A stretch of DNA of 64,000 bases from contig JAZSHL010000047.1 in NCBI GenBank assembly GCA_045533205.1, positions 39,027 to 103,026 on the forward strand, read 5' to 3'. The notes under the pieces are model-generated. The model was not told the DNA's origin, searched no databases, and saw only the letters and a list, made by a program, of their open reading frames with translations. The DNA comes from Acutalibacteraceae bacterium (lineage in GTDB: Bacteria > Bacillota > Clostridia > Oscillospirales > Acutalibacteraceae). Shown piece by piece: positions 20,076-30,775 of the stretch (position 1 is its first letter; every line of letters begins with the position of its first letter). Made by a program: the position numbers and the translations under genes.

Positions 20076-21387
20076 TTATGTCATCCTTTTTTCTGAAAGC
20101 AGCAATAAAGAAACCGTCTCCTCCGTTTTTATGCGGCATAAGAGTCACAAACTTGTCATCTGAAATTTCCGGTAGAGGTTTTACAGCTTCAAAATCTTTA
20201 TTAGCCTTTAAAAAGTCTTTGCAGACACCTTCATTTTCTTGCTTTGAAAGAGTGCAGGTGGAATAAATAATCAAACCGCCGTTTCTGACATATTCAGCGC
20301 CGTTTGAAAGTATCTTAAGCTGTATATTGGGGAGTGATTTGAATTCATCAAGGCTTTTATATTTTATTTCAGGCTTTCTTCCGATTATTCCGAGGCCTGA
20401 ACAAGGTACATCACACAGAACACGGTCTGCAAGACCGAGGCTTTTATTATAAACAGAAGCATCGGAAACATCCGGCTTAATAGCGGAAAGGCCTAATCTG
20501 ACAGCACCCTTTCTTATAAGCTCAACCCTGTTTTTATGTATGTCAAAGCAGAGAACCTCTCCGCTATCCTCCATGATTTCAGCCACGGTATATGCTTTTC
20601 CGCCGGGAGCGGAGCATAAATCAAAAACACGCATATCATTTTCTGCTCTCAGAGCTGCTGAGCAAAGCTGACAGGATAAATCCTGAACATGATATAAGCC
20701 TTTTCTGAAGGAGTCAAGAGATTCGATATCTTTTCCGTTAAGATTAAGAACAAGAGCATTTTTAAGATAGGTTTTATCCGCTTTGACTCCTTCTACACAA
20801 AGAAGTTCAATGAGCTCATCTTCTGTAATCTTTGTTGTGTTTACGCGGACATATAATTCAGCTGTGCCGATAGTATGGGAAAGAATTCCCTCAGCGTCAT
20901 CAGCACCGTATTGATCAATAAGCAACCTGACAAGGTTTTCCGGGCAGGAATAGGTTATACTTAAAAACTTCACGACATCACTTCTGTCTTTGATCGTGAT
21001 ATCATCCCTTGAAACTTTTCGTAAAACAGCATTAATGATTCCGGAAGCATATGAGCAGTTGTTTTTTCGTGATAGAGTGACACTTTCATTAACAGCTGCC
21101 GATTTTGGAATTTTATCCATAAAAAGAATCTGATATGCACCCATTCGCAGAATTGTCAATGCCTCGGGCTTAAGCTTTTTCAGGGGTTTTGACAGGTATT
21201 TCTGCAAAACAAAGTCAATTGTCAGTTTTCTTTCAATAACGCCGTAAAACAAAGCAGACACAAAAGATTTGTCCCTTGTGTCGAGCTTTGTCTCAGTCAG
21301 CATGCTGTCAAGCGCAATATTAGAATAAGCATTATTCTTTTCTATTTTTAACAAAGCATTAAATGCTGTTTGTCTTGCATTTGCCAT
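20068..21387 (-). CDS. rsmB: 16S rRNA (cytosine967-C5)-methyltransferase.
   Basis: N-terminal NusB-like domain, DLCSAPGGK, and DVPCSGLG. The ATG at 21387 follows TGAGGA. Confidence 0.85.
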   Translation of the reverse strand: MANARQTAFNALLKIEKNNAYSNIALDSMLTETKLDTRDKSFVSALFYGVIERKLTIDFVLQKYLSKPLKKLKPEALTILRMGAYQILFMDKIPKSAAVNESVTLSRKNNCSYASGIINAVLRKVSRDDITIKDRSDVVKFLSITYSCPENLVRLLIDQYGADDAEGILSHTIGTAELYVRVNTTKITEDELIELLCVEGVKADKTYLKNALVLNLNGKDIESLDSFRKGLYHVQDLSCQLCSAALRAENDMRVFDLCSAPGGKAYTVAEIMEDSGEVLCFDIHKNRVELIRKGAVRLGLSAIKPDVSDASVYNKSLGLADRVLCDVPCSGLGIIGRKPEIKYKSLDEFKSLPNIQLKILSNGAEYVRNGGLIIYSTCTLSKQENEGVCKDFLKANKDFEAVKPLPEISDDKFVTLMPHKNGGDGFFIAAFRKKDDINE

Positions 21388-21395
21388 AAAAATCC

Positions 21396-22088
21396 TCAAT
21401 CTCTTCTTGTGCGAAGAATTAATCTTATCAGTGACATCAAAGATACAAGCAGTGCAGCCACATAGGTCATCGCAGCTGCAGTGAGCACCTTTTTTGCCTT
21501 CGGAAGCTCATCCTCATATAATATTTCTCTTTCAGTCAGAAGCGTCATCGCTCTTCTGCTGGCATTGAATTCCACAGGCAGGGTAACAAGCTGAAAAGCG
21601 GTTACACTTGCAAAAAGGATAACTCCGACAGTTACAAGAACGGGCAGATTCATAAAATAGCCGATAATCGCAAGAAAGAAGCCTGCGCTTGAGCCGAAAT
21701 TTGCAACGGGCAAAATCAGATTTCTGATTTTTATCGGTGCGTAGCCTTGCGCATGCTGAATTGCATGACCTGCTTCGTGACAGGCTATACCGACACTTGC
21801 AATTGATGTTCCTGAGAAAACTTCATCTGAAAGACTAATAACGTTTGATTTTGGATTATAGTGGTCAGAAAGCTTTCCGGGGATCTTGGTTATTTTTATA
21901 TCCTGAGCCAGACCGCTGAAATTAAGAACAAGATATGCAGCCTGAGCGCCTGTAATACGCTTTCTGTTCTGTATTGCAGACATTTTTCTGTAAGTGCTTT
22001 TAACGTTAGCCTGAGCGATAAGAGATATAATTATTGCAGGCACAACGAGAATAAGATAATAATAGTCATACCAGATCAAAGTAAGCAT
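21396..22088 (-). CDS. Membrane zinc metallopeptidase (putative neutral zinc metallopeptidase family).
   Basis: HEAGHAIQH and LSDHYNP motifs, with TM helices. Confidence 0.7.
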   Translation of the reverse strand: MLTLIWYDYYYLILVVPAIIISLIAQANVKSTYRKMSAIQNRKRITGAQAAYLVLNFSGLAQDIKITKIPGKLSDHYNPKSNVISLSDEVFSGTSIASVGIACHEAGHAIQHAQGYAPIKIRNLILPVANFGSSAGFFLAIIGYFMNLPVLVTVGVILFASVTAFQLVTLPVEFNASRRAMTLLTEREILYEDELPKAKKVLTAAAMTYVAALLVSLMSLIRLILRTRRD

Positions 22089-22092
22089 CTCC

Positions 22093-23025
22093 TTATTTTC
22101 CTAAAACTGTTCCTTTTTCAATCGAATAACCGTTGAGAAACGAAGAAGCATCCATTCTTTTTTTGCCTTCGAGCTGAACACTTGTCAGTTCAACACATCC
22201 ATTATCACCACAGCAAACTATGAATTTACCGGCAGAACAAATTACCTCTCCCGGATTATTATTACCCTTTCTGTCACAGATAACCGAGGAATGTATCTTC
22301 AAGGTTTTTCCGTCAATAACAGTTGATGCGCCTGGCCATGAATACAGGCCTCTGATTTTGTTGTGTATGTTGAATGCTGAATCATTCCAGTCAATAGGAC
22401 TCATTTCTTTTGAAAGCAGTGTCACATGACTTGCTTTTGACTCATCCTGCTTTATGGGGTTAAGCTGATTGTTTTCAATTTTTTCAATTGTTTCCATCAT
22501 AGCTTCGGCACCCAAAGGCGCTAAAACCTCATACATATATTCGGTTGTGTCATTGATTCCGATTCTGCATTCCTTTATGTTGAGAATATCTCCGGTATCA
22601 ACGCCCTCATCCATCTGCTGCACAGTGACACCTGTTACTTCATCACCGTTGAGAACAGCATAATGAATCGGTGAAGCACCACGGTATTTCGGTAGAATTG
22701 AAGCGTGAACATTGATGCAACCGTACTTGGGAAAATCAAGAAAATCCTTAGGCAGGATTTTTCCGTATGCCACAACAACAACCAGATCAGGCTTAATCTC
22801 TCGGAGAATTTCAACACCCTTGCCGTTTCTCAGGCTTGTCGGTTGAAAAACGGGAAGATCATGCTTAAGTGCCTCAACCTTAACATCGGGAGGTGTTAAA
22901 ATTTGCTTTCTTCCGACGGGCTTGTCCGGTTGACAAAAAACTCCCACAATTTCGTGCTCTGAATTTACAAGTGTCTTCAGGCAATCAACAGAAAAATCCG
23001 GAGTTCCCATAAATGCGATGCGCAT
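22093..23025 (-). CDS. fmt: Methionyl-tRNA formyltransferase.
   Basis: MRIAFMGTPDF, HASILPKYRGASPI, and synteny with def. Confidence 0.9.
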   Translation of the reverse strand: MRIAFMGTPDFSVDCLKTLVNSEHEIVGVFCQPDKPVGRKQILTPPDVKVEALKHDLPVFQPTSLRNGKGVEILREIKPDLVVVVAYGKILPKDFLDFPKYGCINVHASILPKYRGASPIHYAVLNGDEVTGVTVQQMDEGVDTGDILNIKECRIGINDTTEYMYEVLAPLGAEAMMETIEKIENNQLNPIKQDESKASHVTLLSKEMSPIDWNDSAFNIHNKIRGLYSWPGASTVIDGKTLKIHSSVICDRKGNNNPGEVICSAGKFIVCCGDNGCVELTSVQLEGKKRMDASSFLNGYSIEKGTVLGK

Positions 23026-23040
23026 GTAATCAATCCTTCC

Positions 23041-23526
23041 TTATTTATCTTCTTCTCTCATTCTTTTCAGGTCTTCTGCAGTTATATCTTTAATTACCTT
23101 GTCAGTATAGAGTGTACCGTCAAGATGGTCAATTTCGTGGCAGAAGCACCTTGCCTTAAGGCCTGTTGCTTCATATCTTCTCCACACACCCTCACGGTTC
23201 TGTGCCTTGATTTTAACATATTCCGGTCGTGAAACCACACCCTGCTGACCCGGCACTGAAAGACAGCCTTCAACATCCTTGTATTCACCTGATGTTTCAA
23301 TAATCTCAGGGTTTACAAGCTCAAGAAAGCCGTCACCCACATCGACAACAACTACTCTTTTTAATATTCCTACCTGAACCGCAGCAAGTCCGACACCTTC
23401 TGCCTTATACATCGTTTCTTTCATATCATCAAGCAATGTCCAGAGTCTGTCATTGAATTTTTCAACCTTACGGCTTGTCTTACGAAGAATCGGATCCTCT
23501 GATGTAACAACTTTTCTGATTGCCAT
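23041..23526 (-). CDS. def: Peptide deformylase.
   Basis: [13 protein letters not shown] and HEIDHLDG motifs. Confidence 0.9.
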   Translation of the reverse strand: MAIRKVVTSEDPILRKTSRKVEKFNDRLWTLLDDMKETMYKAEGVGLAAVQVGILKRVVVVDVGDGFLELVNPEIIETSGEYKDVEGCLSVPGQQGVVSRPEYVKIKAQNREGVWRRYEATGLKARCFCHEIDHLDGTLYTDKVIKDITAEDLKRMREEDK

Positions 23527-23537
23527 TTTTATACTCC

Positions 23538-25979
23538 TTATATTAAATTAGTCGGATTCATATCCGCTGATACTGTAACGTCCTTATATTTTTTGTTTTT
23601 GCCGTATTCAACGAGTAAATCAGAAATCATTTTTCTGAAATTACGGCTGTTTTTGCATTTTATAATGATCCGGTATCTGAACTTATTGTTTATTTTTGAA
23701 ATTCTCGGAGGCATTGGGCCAAGAATGATAATTTTTTCTGTTTTATATTCTTTTTCAACCTTTTCAGTTATTGAAGAAAGAAAGCTTCTTGAGCAATTGA
23801 GGGCGCTTATTTCGTTTTCACAGGTGAAAATAACTGAACAGATGTCACAAAACGGAGGATAGACAAGCGCTTTTCTTATCTGAATTTCTGTTTCAAAGAA
23901 GCTGTCATAATCTTGCTCCTGTGCCAGCTGAATGATGTGGTTTTCAGGCGTGAGTGTCTGAATGACTGCAGTTCCTTTTATACTTCCCCTGCCTGATCTT
24001 CCGACAACCTGTGTGAGAAGGTCAAAGGTTCTTTCTTCACTTCTGAAATCATCATTATTGAGCTGCTGATCTGCATTGATAACACCGACAAGTGTCACAT
24101 TTTCAAAGTTTAAGCCCTTTGCCACCATCTGTGTTCCGAGCAATATATCGTATTTTCCATCACCGAAATCAGTCAGACCTTTTTCAAAAGAATGACGTGA
24201 CGAGGTGGAGTCGGCATCCATGCGCAGAACTCTGGCTTCGGGAAGAAGCTTTTCAATTTCTTCTTCAATTCTCTGTGTGCCGTAGCCTGCGTATCGTACA
24301 TCGTCTTTTTCACATTCAGGGCAGTGCTTTGTGAAAGGCCTGGAGTAGCCGCAGTAATGACACATCAGTCTGTTGTTTGCTGTGTGATATGTCAGCGAAA
24401 TGCTGCATGAGGGACATGTGATGACGCTTCCGCAGCTGTCACATGCTGCAAATGTATTATATCCCCTTCTGTTCATCAGAAGAATGGATTGTTTCTTGCT
24501 TTCAAGGTTTTTTTCGAGCCTTTCAAGTAAATCACTGCTGATATTATATCTGTTGCCTGATTTTCTGTCCTGCTTCATGTCGACCAAGGACACATCGGGC
24601 AAAACGGCGTCGCCGTATCTTTCAGTAAGCTTAAAAAGCTTATATTTGCCTTTTTTAGCGTAGCAATAGCTTTCCACCGACGGAGTTGCGGAAGAAAGTA
24701 AAATCAGTGAATTGTGCCTTTTTGCGCGAAATTTAGCAACATCAACGGTGTGGTACTTCGGTGAGCCTTCGGATTTATAAGTGTGCTCCTGCTCTTCGTC
24801 AATAACTATAAGTCCTATGTTGTCAAAAGGTGCAAACACGGCAGATCTTGTGCCGACAACAATTTTCACCTGACCGTCCTTGACTCTTTTATATTCGTCA
24901 CGTCTTTCACCGACAGAAAGTGCACTGTGAAAAACTGCAACCTCAGAGCCGTAACGGCCTTTAAAAACGGCCATCATCTGTGGAGTCAGCGATATTTCCG
25001 GCACCATAACAATAACCTGTCTTCCGTCACTGATAACTTCGTCAATTACGGAAAGAAAAACTGATGTTTTTCCGCTGCCTGTAATACCGTAAAGAAGACT
25101 GACCTGACTGCCGTTTTTATATTCGGACAAAATTCCCTCAAAGGCTGTCTGTTGAGCTGCAGTGAGTATGATTTCTTTTTTTGCTTTTTCATCAATAAGG
25201 CTCGTTTCGGGCATTCTGTAGTAAGCCTTATCACAAATGTCAACGAGTCCTTTTTTTTCAAGTGCAGAGATTACGGCTGTGGTTACGCCTGTGAAATAAC
25301 ACAGCTCCTTCACAGTGCAGCTTCCGATGTCACAAAGAACATCATAAACGCCTTTTTGCTTTGGAGTAAGCCTGACATCATCTGAATTCTTGCAGACACT
25401 GACAAACCTGTTTGTTGCATCATTCATTTTTCTGACAGTGTCGTAGCTGCGCTTTATCAGCTCTTTTCTGATAAGCCTGTCAAAATCAGTGCAGTCAGCA
25501 CTCAAGCCAAGTGAGCTGCAGATGAAATTTCTGTCCTTTGGCTCATCAAGCGAAAGCATGAAAGAATATATCTCGTTTTCAGTTTCAGAAAGCACAGGCA
25601 GATTTTCGCTGAAAACTGCATAATAATTAACTGCAGTTTTATAGCTATGTCCTGAAGGAATCTGCGCTTTAACCGCTTCAAAATAGGTGCAGAACGTTCT
25701 GTCCTTGAGAAAGCAAGCGATGGAAAGCATTTCCTCACTTACGAAGGGTGTTTCATCGATTACGGAAATGATCTTTTTATATCTTACATCATCACAAGCA
25801 TCTGCAAAGGAAAAGATTATTCCCTGCCTTTTTGCTGTTTTGCTGTTACCGAAGGGTACTGTAACACGTGAACCGATTTTTGCCTTGTCTGACATGCTGT
25901 CATCTATAAGATAACCGTATAAAATGTCAAAATGATATGCAACATTTTCAACGGCAACAAGAGCCAGAACCTGTTTCAT
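23538..25979 (-). CDS. priA: Primosomal protein N' (replication restart helicase).
   Basis: [17 protein letters not shown], and the Cys-rich zinc region CDSCG...CPSC...CHYCG. Confidence 0.9.
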   Translation of the reverse strand: MKQVLALVAVENVAYHFDILYGYLIDDSMSDKAKIGSRVTVPFGNSKTAKRQGIIFSFADACDDVRYKKIISVIDETPFVSEEMLSIACFLKDRTFCTYFEAVKAQIPSGHSYKTAVNYYAVFSENLPVLSETENEIYSFMLSLDEPKDRNFICSSLGLSADCTDFDRLIRKELIKRSYDTVRKMNDATNRFVSVCKNSDDVRLTPKQKGVYDVLCDIGSCTVKELCYFTGVTTAVISALEKKGLVDICDKAYYRMPETSLIDEKAKKEIILTAAQQTAFEGILSEYKNGSQVSLLYGITGSGKTSVFLSVIDEVISDGRQVIVMVPEISLTPQMMAVFKGRYGSEVAVFHSALSVGERRDEYKRVKDGQVKIVVGTRSAVFAPFDNIGLIVIDEEQEHTYKSEGSPKYHTVDVAKFRAKRHNSLILLSSATPSVESYCYAKKGKYKLFKLTERYGDAVLPDVSLVDMKQDRKSGNRYNISSDLLERLEKNLESKKQSILLMNRRGYNTFAACDSCGSVITCPSCSISLTYHTANNRLMCHYCGYSRPFTKHCPECEKDDVRYAGYGTQRIEEEIEKLLPEARVLRMDADSTSSRHSFEKGLTDFGDGKYDILLGTQMVAKGLNFENVTLVGVINADQQLNNDDFRSEERTFDLLTQVVGRSGRGSIKGTAVIQTLTPENHIIQLAQEQDYDSFFETEIQIRKALVYPPFCDICSVIFTCENEISALNCSRSFLSSITEKVEKEYKTEKIIILGPMPPRISKINNKFRYRIIIKCKNSRNFRKMISDLLVEYGKNKKYKDVTVSADMNPTNLI

Positions 25980-25998
25980 ATCATTTCACATCCTTTTG

Positions 25999-26208
25999 TT
26001 ATATGTTTCTGATTTCCTCGGGCTCTGAAATCTCGAGCTTGCCTGAAAGGAATTCGTCAAGAGCATAAGTTACAGGCTTTTCAGTGCCGCATTTTTCGTT
26101 GAGCTCGGGTGTTTCGGAAATAACTCTTGCTCTTTTTGCAACTGCTGTTACAAGTGAATAACGGCTGGTGTTGTTTTTGAGTAATTCTCTGAGATCGGGA
26201 TTAAGCAT
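25999..26208 (-). CDS. rpoZ: RNA polymerase omega subunit.
   Basis: SRYSLVTAVAKRAR motif and synteny after gmk. Confidence 0.8.
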   Translation of the reverse strand: MLNPDLRELLKNNTSRYSLVTAVAKRARVISETPELNEKCGTEKPVTYALDEFLSGKLEISEPEEIRNI

Positions 26209-26815
26209 TGTTCATTACCTCTTTTATCTTATTTTTCATCATTTTTATTTTAAGCTGTTCGCTTCTGATTACTGACATAACATCGTCAATCGCCTCATTA
26301 AGGTTATCATTTTCAACGATGTAATCATATTCGCATGCTCTTGCAAGCTCGCTTTCGGCAATTTTAAGCCGTTTTTCAATGGCTTCATCTGAGTCTGTTC
26401 CTCTGCTGCGAAGTCTTTCCTCAAGCTCCTTCATTGAAGGAGGAATAATGAATATTTTTTTTGCTTCCGGAAAAACCTTTCTGACATTTGTTCCGCCTTC
26501 AACCTCAATGATAAGAAAAACAATCTTGCCTTCATCGAGTCTGTCCTGAACAGGTTTGATTGGTGTGCCGTAATAGTTTGAGCCGTAGTTAGTATATTCG
26601 AGCATATCGCCGTTTTCTATATGTTTGAAGAAGGTTTCCTTGTCAACATAATAATAGTTAACGCCTTCTTTTTCTCCGCAGCGCATATCTCTTGTTGTCA
26701 TGGAAACAGAAAGCATAGCTTTGTCACCGAGCTTTTTAAGAACTTCGGCGATTATTGTGTCCTTGCCGCAGCCTGAAGGCGCTGAAACAACAAAAAGCAA
26801 GCCTTTATCAGTCAT
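26201..26815 (-). CDS. gmk: Guanylate kinase.
   Basis: [11 protein letters not shown]-loop. The ATG at 26815 (MTDKGLL) overlaps the remA stop by 8 nt. The longer track ORF is unlikely. Confidence 0.9.
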   Translation of the reverse strand: MTDKGLLFVVSAPSGCGKDTIIAEVLKKLGDKAMLSVSMTTRDMRCGEKEGVNYYYVDKETFFKHIENGDMLEYTNYGSNYYGTPIKPVQDRLDEGKIVFLIIEVEGGTNVRKVFPEAKKIFIIPPSMKELEERLRSRGTDSDEAIEKRLKIAESELARACEYDYIVENDNLNEAIDDVMSVIRSEQLKIKMMKNKIKEVMNNA

Positions 26816-27080
26816 TGTCACATTCCTCCCCTGTGAGTTCGCCCTGATCGGATTCGAGTCTGTTTGCAACAGTTTCACACTGAAGATATGTAAGAATAAC
26901 ATGATCACTGTCCATGATTATAACAGCTCTTGTTCGTCTGCCCTGAGTTGCATCAATAAGGGTGCCTCTTTCCTTGCACTCCTGAATAATTCTTTTAATC
27001 GGTGCTGAGTCGGGACTGACAATAGCAACAAGACGCTGTGCATTTATCATATTTCCGAATCCTATATTTATCAACTTCAT
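26808..27080 (-). CDS. remA: RemA/YlzA (DUF370) regulatory protein.
   Basis: [34 protein letters not shown]...[30 protein letters not shown]. Confidence 0.8.
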   Translation of the reverse strand: MKLINIGFGNMINAQRLVAIVSPDSAPIKRIIQECKERGTLIDATQGRRTRAVIIMDSDHVILTYLQCETVANRLESDQGELTGEECDND

Positions 27081-27098
27081 TTTAATCACCTGAATTAA

Positions 27099-27977
27099 TT
27101 ATTCGATGTTCTGAACCTGTTCTCTGATTTTTTCAACCTCGGCCTTGATGTCGATAACTCTTCTTGCGATATCAACATCCTGAGCCTTTGAGCCGATTGT
27201 ATTAGCCTCACGGTTAAATTCCTGAACAAGGAAATCCATCTTTCTGCCGATAGCTTCCTTGCTTTCCATGAACTCGTGCATCTGGCTGACATGACTGCGG
27301 AGTCTTACGGTTTCTTCCGCAACGGCAATCTTATCAGCATATATTGCAGCTTCAGTGAGAAGTCTTTGCTCGTCAACCTGAACATCTTCAAGAACAGTTC
27401 TCATTCTGTCAAGAAGCTTTTTGTTATATTCAATTACGGTTTCCGGTGAGCGCATTTCAATGAAAGATACATGCTCAAGAATAGTGTCACAGCGTGAGAG
27501 AATGTCATTCTTAAGCTTTTCGCCTTCTCTTTCACGCATTGCAACGAAGTTAGAAGCAGCAGCATCGGTAACAGCCTTTACAGCGTTCCAGATTCTTTCT
27601 TCGTCGGCTTCGTTCTTGTGAACAGAAAAAATGTCATGATATCTTGCAACGGATGAAACAGTGACATCGTTTCTTAACTGATACTTCTCACCGATTTCAT
27701 TCAGAGCATTGATGTATCCGCCTGCAAGTGAGTGATTGACTGAAACAATACAGTCTGCTTCCTCAAGCTCTTCAAGCTGAACATAGCACTCTGTCTTTCC
27801 TCTTGAAATATATGACTGAAGATATGTCTTGAGCTTTTCGTCAAGGAACCCATATGTTCTGGGAACTCTTGAGGAAAAATCAAAATATCTGTGATTAACG
27901 CTCTTGATTTCAACGGTTATACTCATGCCGTCAACAATCTGCTGAGCTCTGCCGAATCCGGTCATACTTCTTATCAT
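27099..27977 (-). CDS. YicC/YloC-family stress-induced protein.
   Basis: N-terminal MIRSMTGFGRA, a C-terminal EVEKIREQVQNIE-type helix, and synteny. Confidence 0.8.
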   Translation of the reverse strand: MIRSMTGFGRAQQIVDGMSITVEIKSVNHRYFDFSSRVPRTYGFLDEKLKTYLQSYISRGKTECYVQLEELEEADCIVSVNHSLAGGYINALNEIGEKYQLRNDVTVSSVARYHDIFSVHKNEADEERIWNAVKAVTDAAASNFVAMREREGEKLKNDILSRCDTILEHVSFIEMRSPETVIEYNKKLLDRMRTVLEDVQVDEQRLLTEAAIYADKIAVAEETVRLRSHVSQMHEFMESKEAIGRKMDFLVQEFNREANTIGSKAQDVDIARRVIDIKAEVEKIREQVQNIE

Positions 27978-28037
27978 TTTTTCTACCTCTCGATATTAAA
28001 AATAAACACCAAATATACTTTTGATTATATCCTTTTT

Positions 28038-28066
28038 ATTATATATTGTTTTGATGCTTTTGTCAA
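28038..28066 (-). promoter_or_regulatory. Perfect consensus sigma-A promoter (TTGACA, 17 nt, TATAAT) upstream of yicC-remA-gmk-rpoZ-priA.
   Basis: Minus-strand TTGACA at 28066-28061 and TATAAT at 28043-28038. Confidence 0.55.
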
Positions 28067-28071
28067 ACATA

Positions 28072-28419
28072 TTATTGATTATTCCGGCAGGAATTGCATG
28101 AGCCCATGAGTATTGACGGAATGTCATTTTCATACATACCGTCAGTGCAGATAAAGTTCATTCTGTCGAGAAAAACACTGATTTCACTGATGCGGCATCT
28201 GCCGATGTAACAATTTTGATTTGCAGCAAGGTTGAAGGCAGCCTTCAAAAGGCCCTCAACCACAAACGGATTGCTTCTGTCAAAAGAAAGATCTGTTACT
28301 TCTGCATACATTCCGTCCATTACAAGGGTACATTTTCCTAAATTGGTTTCACCGTCGAGAGCATTGAAATCAACAACTGATTCTGTTGTATCGGAATAAT
28401 CGTGCTTGAAAAATATCAT
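28072..28419 (-). CDS. Hypothetical 115-aa protein.
   Basis: ORF track only. No motif was recognised. C-terminal GSCNSCRNNQ. Confidence 0.4.
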   Translation of the reverse strand: MIFFKHDYSDTTESVVDFNALDGETNLGKCTLVMDGMYAEVTDLSFDRSNPFVVEGLLKAAFNLAANQNCYIGRCRISEISVFLDRMNFICTDGMYENDIPSILMGSCNSCRNNQ

Positions 28420-28420
28420 A

Positions 28421-29164
28421 TTATTTCTTCTTTCTTTCCATTCCTGCGTTAATCTTGAGCTTTCTGACCTCGTCCTCGGTCAGATGGCGCCATGCACCCT
28501 GCTTGAGCATACCGAGCTTGATTGAGCCTATAGCCGTTCTCTTAAGTCTTGCAACCTCAAGACCGACTTCCTCACACATTTTTCTGATCTGTCTGTTTCT
28601 TCCTTCATAGAGAATTATCTCAAGAACAACACGGTTTTCTTCCTTGGTGATGACTCTGACCTCTGCAGGTGCAGTTTTTCTGTCGTCAATTATGATACCT
28701 GTTGTCAGAGCCGTAATCTGATCCTCACTGATTGAAGGACGGACAGTAACTCTGTATGTTTTCGGGACATGTCGTGTAGGGTGTGTCATTGCATTTGCAA
28801 ATTCGCCGTCATTTGTGAAAATGAGCAGGCCTTCAGAATCTCTGTCAAGTCTGCCGACGGGGAAAACTCTTCCGGGCACATCCTTGATAAGCTCTGCAAC
28901 GCACTTTCTGTCCATTTCATCCTTCATAGTTGTTATAAAACCTCTTGGTTTATGAAGAAGGATATAAGTATAATTTTTCTGCTTTATAATCTTTTTGCCG
29001 CTTACGGTTATAAGATCCTTTTTAGGGTTGATTTTGTCACCTATCTGTGCAGGGTGTCCGTTAACTCTGACCTTTCCTGCTTCAATAAGCTCTTCACTTT
29101 TTCTTCTTGATGCAACCCCGCATTCAGCGAGGTATTTCTGCAGCCTGACTTTACCGTCTGTCAT
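28421..29164 (-). CDS. rluB: Pseudouridine synthase, RsuA/RluB family.
   Basis: N-terminal S4 domain (RLQKYLAECGVASRRKSE) and the catalytic motif GRLDRDSEGL. Confidence 0.8.
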   Translation of the reverse strand: MTDGKVRLQKYLAECGVASRRKSEELIEAGKVRVNGHPAQIGDKINPKKDLITVSGKKIIKQKNYTYILLHKPRGFITTMKDEMDRKCVAELIKDVPGRVFPVGRLDRDSEGLLIFTNDGEFANAMTHPTRHVPKTYRVTVRPSISEDQITALTTGIIIDDRKTAPAEVRVITKEENRVVLEIILYEGRNRQIRKMCEEVGLEVARLKRTAIGSIKLGMLKQGAWRHLTEDEVRKLKINAGMERKKK

Positions 29165-29177
29165 ATTATCAATCCTC

Positions 29178-30305
29178 TCAGTTTAAAAATAAATGCTTCA
29201 GTTTGTCACAAAAGCTATATTGTGGCTTTGTGATGATTTGAGTATCAATTGATGCAGCTTCGTCTGTTAAAATTTCTATTCTTTTAACAATTCGGTCGCC
29301 ACTTAAAATCTCAAGATAACCGATCACTTCATTTTTTCTTATAGGGGCATATAAAAGCTTCGGTATAGCAACTCTGTAATCATACTCAAGGCAATCACTA
29401 ACTGCTAAATCTGTATCTGACAGTGAAATTTCTACAGTTTGTTTTTTTGAAGAATACACCCTCACTGTATCAGGAACAATCTCGGGTACTTGCACATCAC
29501 TCATCATTGTAAAGCCGTAATCAAACATTTTTTTATGGTCGTTCCAATCGTCAGGGGCATTAAGCGTCACTGCAACAAGGACAGCACCGTTTTTTTTGCA
29601 GGCTGTTACAAGGCAACGGCCGCTTTTTTTGGTAAAGCCGGTCTTGATGCCAAAAACACCGTCATATGAACGGAGTAACCTGTTGTGATTAGAATATGTT
29701 GAGCTGATTTCAGGGGAAATATACTCTGCTGTGTATACCTTCGTTGAACAAATCTGTCTGAATACAGGGTTATTCACAGCATATGAGCCTAAAAGAGCCA
29801 TGTCATATGCAGTTGTGTAGTGCTCCGGGTTGTCGAGTCCTGATGCGGTTACAAAATTGGTTGAAGTCATGCCGATTTCAGCTGCTTTTTTATTCATCAT
29901 TTTCGCAAAATCTTCTTCACTGCCTGCAAGATATTCAGCAACAAGAACAGCAGCATCGTTGCCTGACTCAAGAAGCATTGCATAGACAAGGGTTTTCAGG
30001 TAAAACCTGTCCCCTTTTTTTATTCCGATTGCAGTGCCTTCAACGGTTGAATCACGTTTTGCCTCAACAACACAGTTAAGCTTGCCCGACTCAATAGCGA
30101 GTATACTCGTCATTATCTTTGTCGTGCTTGCCATTGACATTTTTGATGTTGCGTTTTTATCGAAAATTATCTCTTTCGTGTCACTGTTTATGAGCACGGC
30201 ACTTTTCCCGCTGACATCGCAAAAAGGCGCAGAAAGTGCGCAGAAGGAAAAAATATAAATCAAAAATGATGATAATAATACTCTTTTAATTAACAAAGCA
30301 ACCAC
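29178..30305 (-). CDS. D-alanyl-D-alanine carboxypeptidase (PBP5-type).
   Basis: SxxK (SMASTTK), SGN and KTG motifs, with a signal peptide. Confidence 0.8.
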   Translation of the reverse strand: MVALLIKRVLLSSFLIYIFSFCALSAPFCDVSGKSAVLINSDTKEIIFDKNATSKMSMASTTKIMTSILAIESGKLNCVVEAKRDSTVEGTAIGIKKGDRFYLKTLVYAMLLESGNDAAVLVAEYLAGSEEDFAKMMNKKAAEIGMTSTNFVTASGLDNPEHYTTAYDMALLGSYAVNNPVFRQICSTKVYTAEYISPEISSTYSNHNRLLRSYDGVFGIKTGFTKKSGRCLVTACKKNGAVLVAVTLNAPDDWNDHKKMFDYGFTMMSDVQVPEIVPDTVRVYSSKKQTVEISLSDTDLAVSDCLEYDYRVAIPKLLYAPIRKNEVIGYLEILSGDRIVKRIEILTDEAASIDTQIITKPQYSFCDKLKHLFLN

Positions 30306-30352
30306 CTGCCAATAAAATACTATGCAGGCGGTTGTTTTAAAATTATATCAAA

Positions 30353-30769
30353 TTATTCAGCTGCAGGCTCTTCAACTGCTTCAACTGCAGGTGAAGGATC
30401 CTTCTTAACCTTATTAATGAGACCTGTAACTTTGTCAAACATTTCAGGAACAAGGTTAACAGCTCTTTCAGCAGCGTTGTCATATGCTGTGATGTGCTTG
30501 AGGGTAACTTCACCGTTGTTAACAACAAGGAATGCAACAGGAGTGATTGTCACACCTGCACCGCCTCCGCCACCGAAAAGCTCCTGAGAAGCCTTTGAGG
30601 GGAAATCAGCGCCGCCTGATGCGAAACCGTATGTAACCTTTGAAACGGGGATAATTGTTGTTCCGCCTTCAGCATAAATGGGTTCGCCGATAATTGTGCT
30701 TGTGTCTACGAGCTCACGGATTTTTTCGATTGTTGATGCAAGAATTGCACCTGCTGATTTTTCTGACAT
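30353..30769 (-). CDS. ytfJ: Sporulation protein YtfJ/GerW family.
   Basis: IGEPIYAEGGTTIIPVSKVTYGFASGG...GGGGGAGVTITPVAFLVV. Confidence 0.75.
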   Translation of the reverse strand: MSEKSAGAILASTIEKIRELVDTSTIIGEPIYAEGGTTIIPVSKVTYGFASGGADFPSKASQELFGGGGGAGVTITPVAFLVVNNGEVTLKHITAYDNAAERAVNLVPEMFDKVTGLINKVKKDPSPAVEAVEEPAAE

Positions 30770-30775
30770 TGTATA

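Noticed and set aside
30306-30352. Hairpin CAACCGCCTGC...GCAGGTGGTTG, whose 3' arm covers the GTG start of the D-Ala-D-Ala carboxypeptidase gene. It was considered as a regulatory structure.
   Set aside because: It is most simply the terminator of ytfJ. The carboxypeptidase start codon is itself uncertain, and there is no further evidence for a switch.
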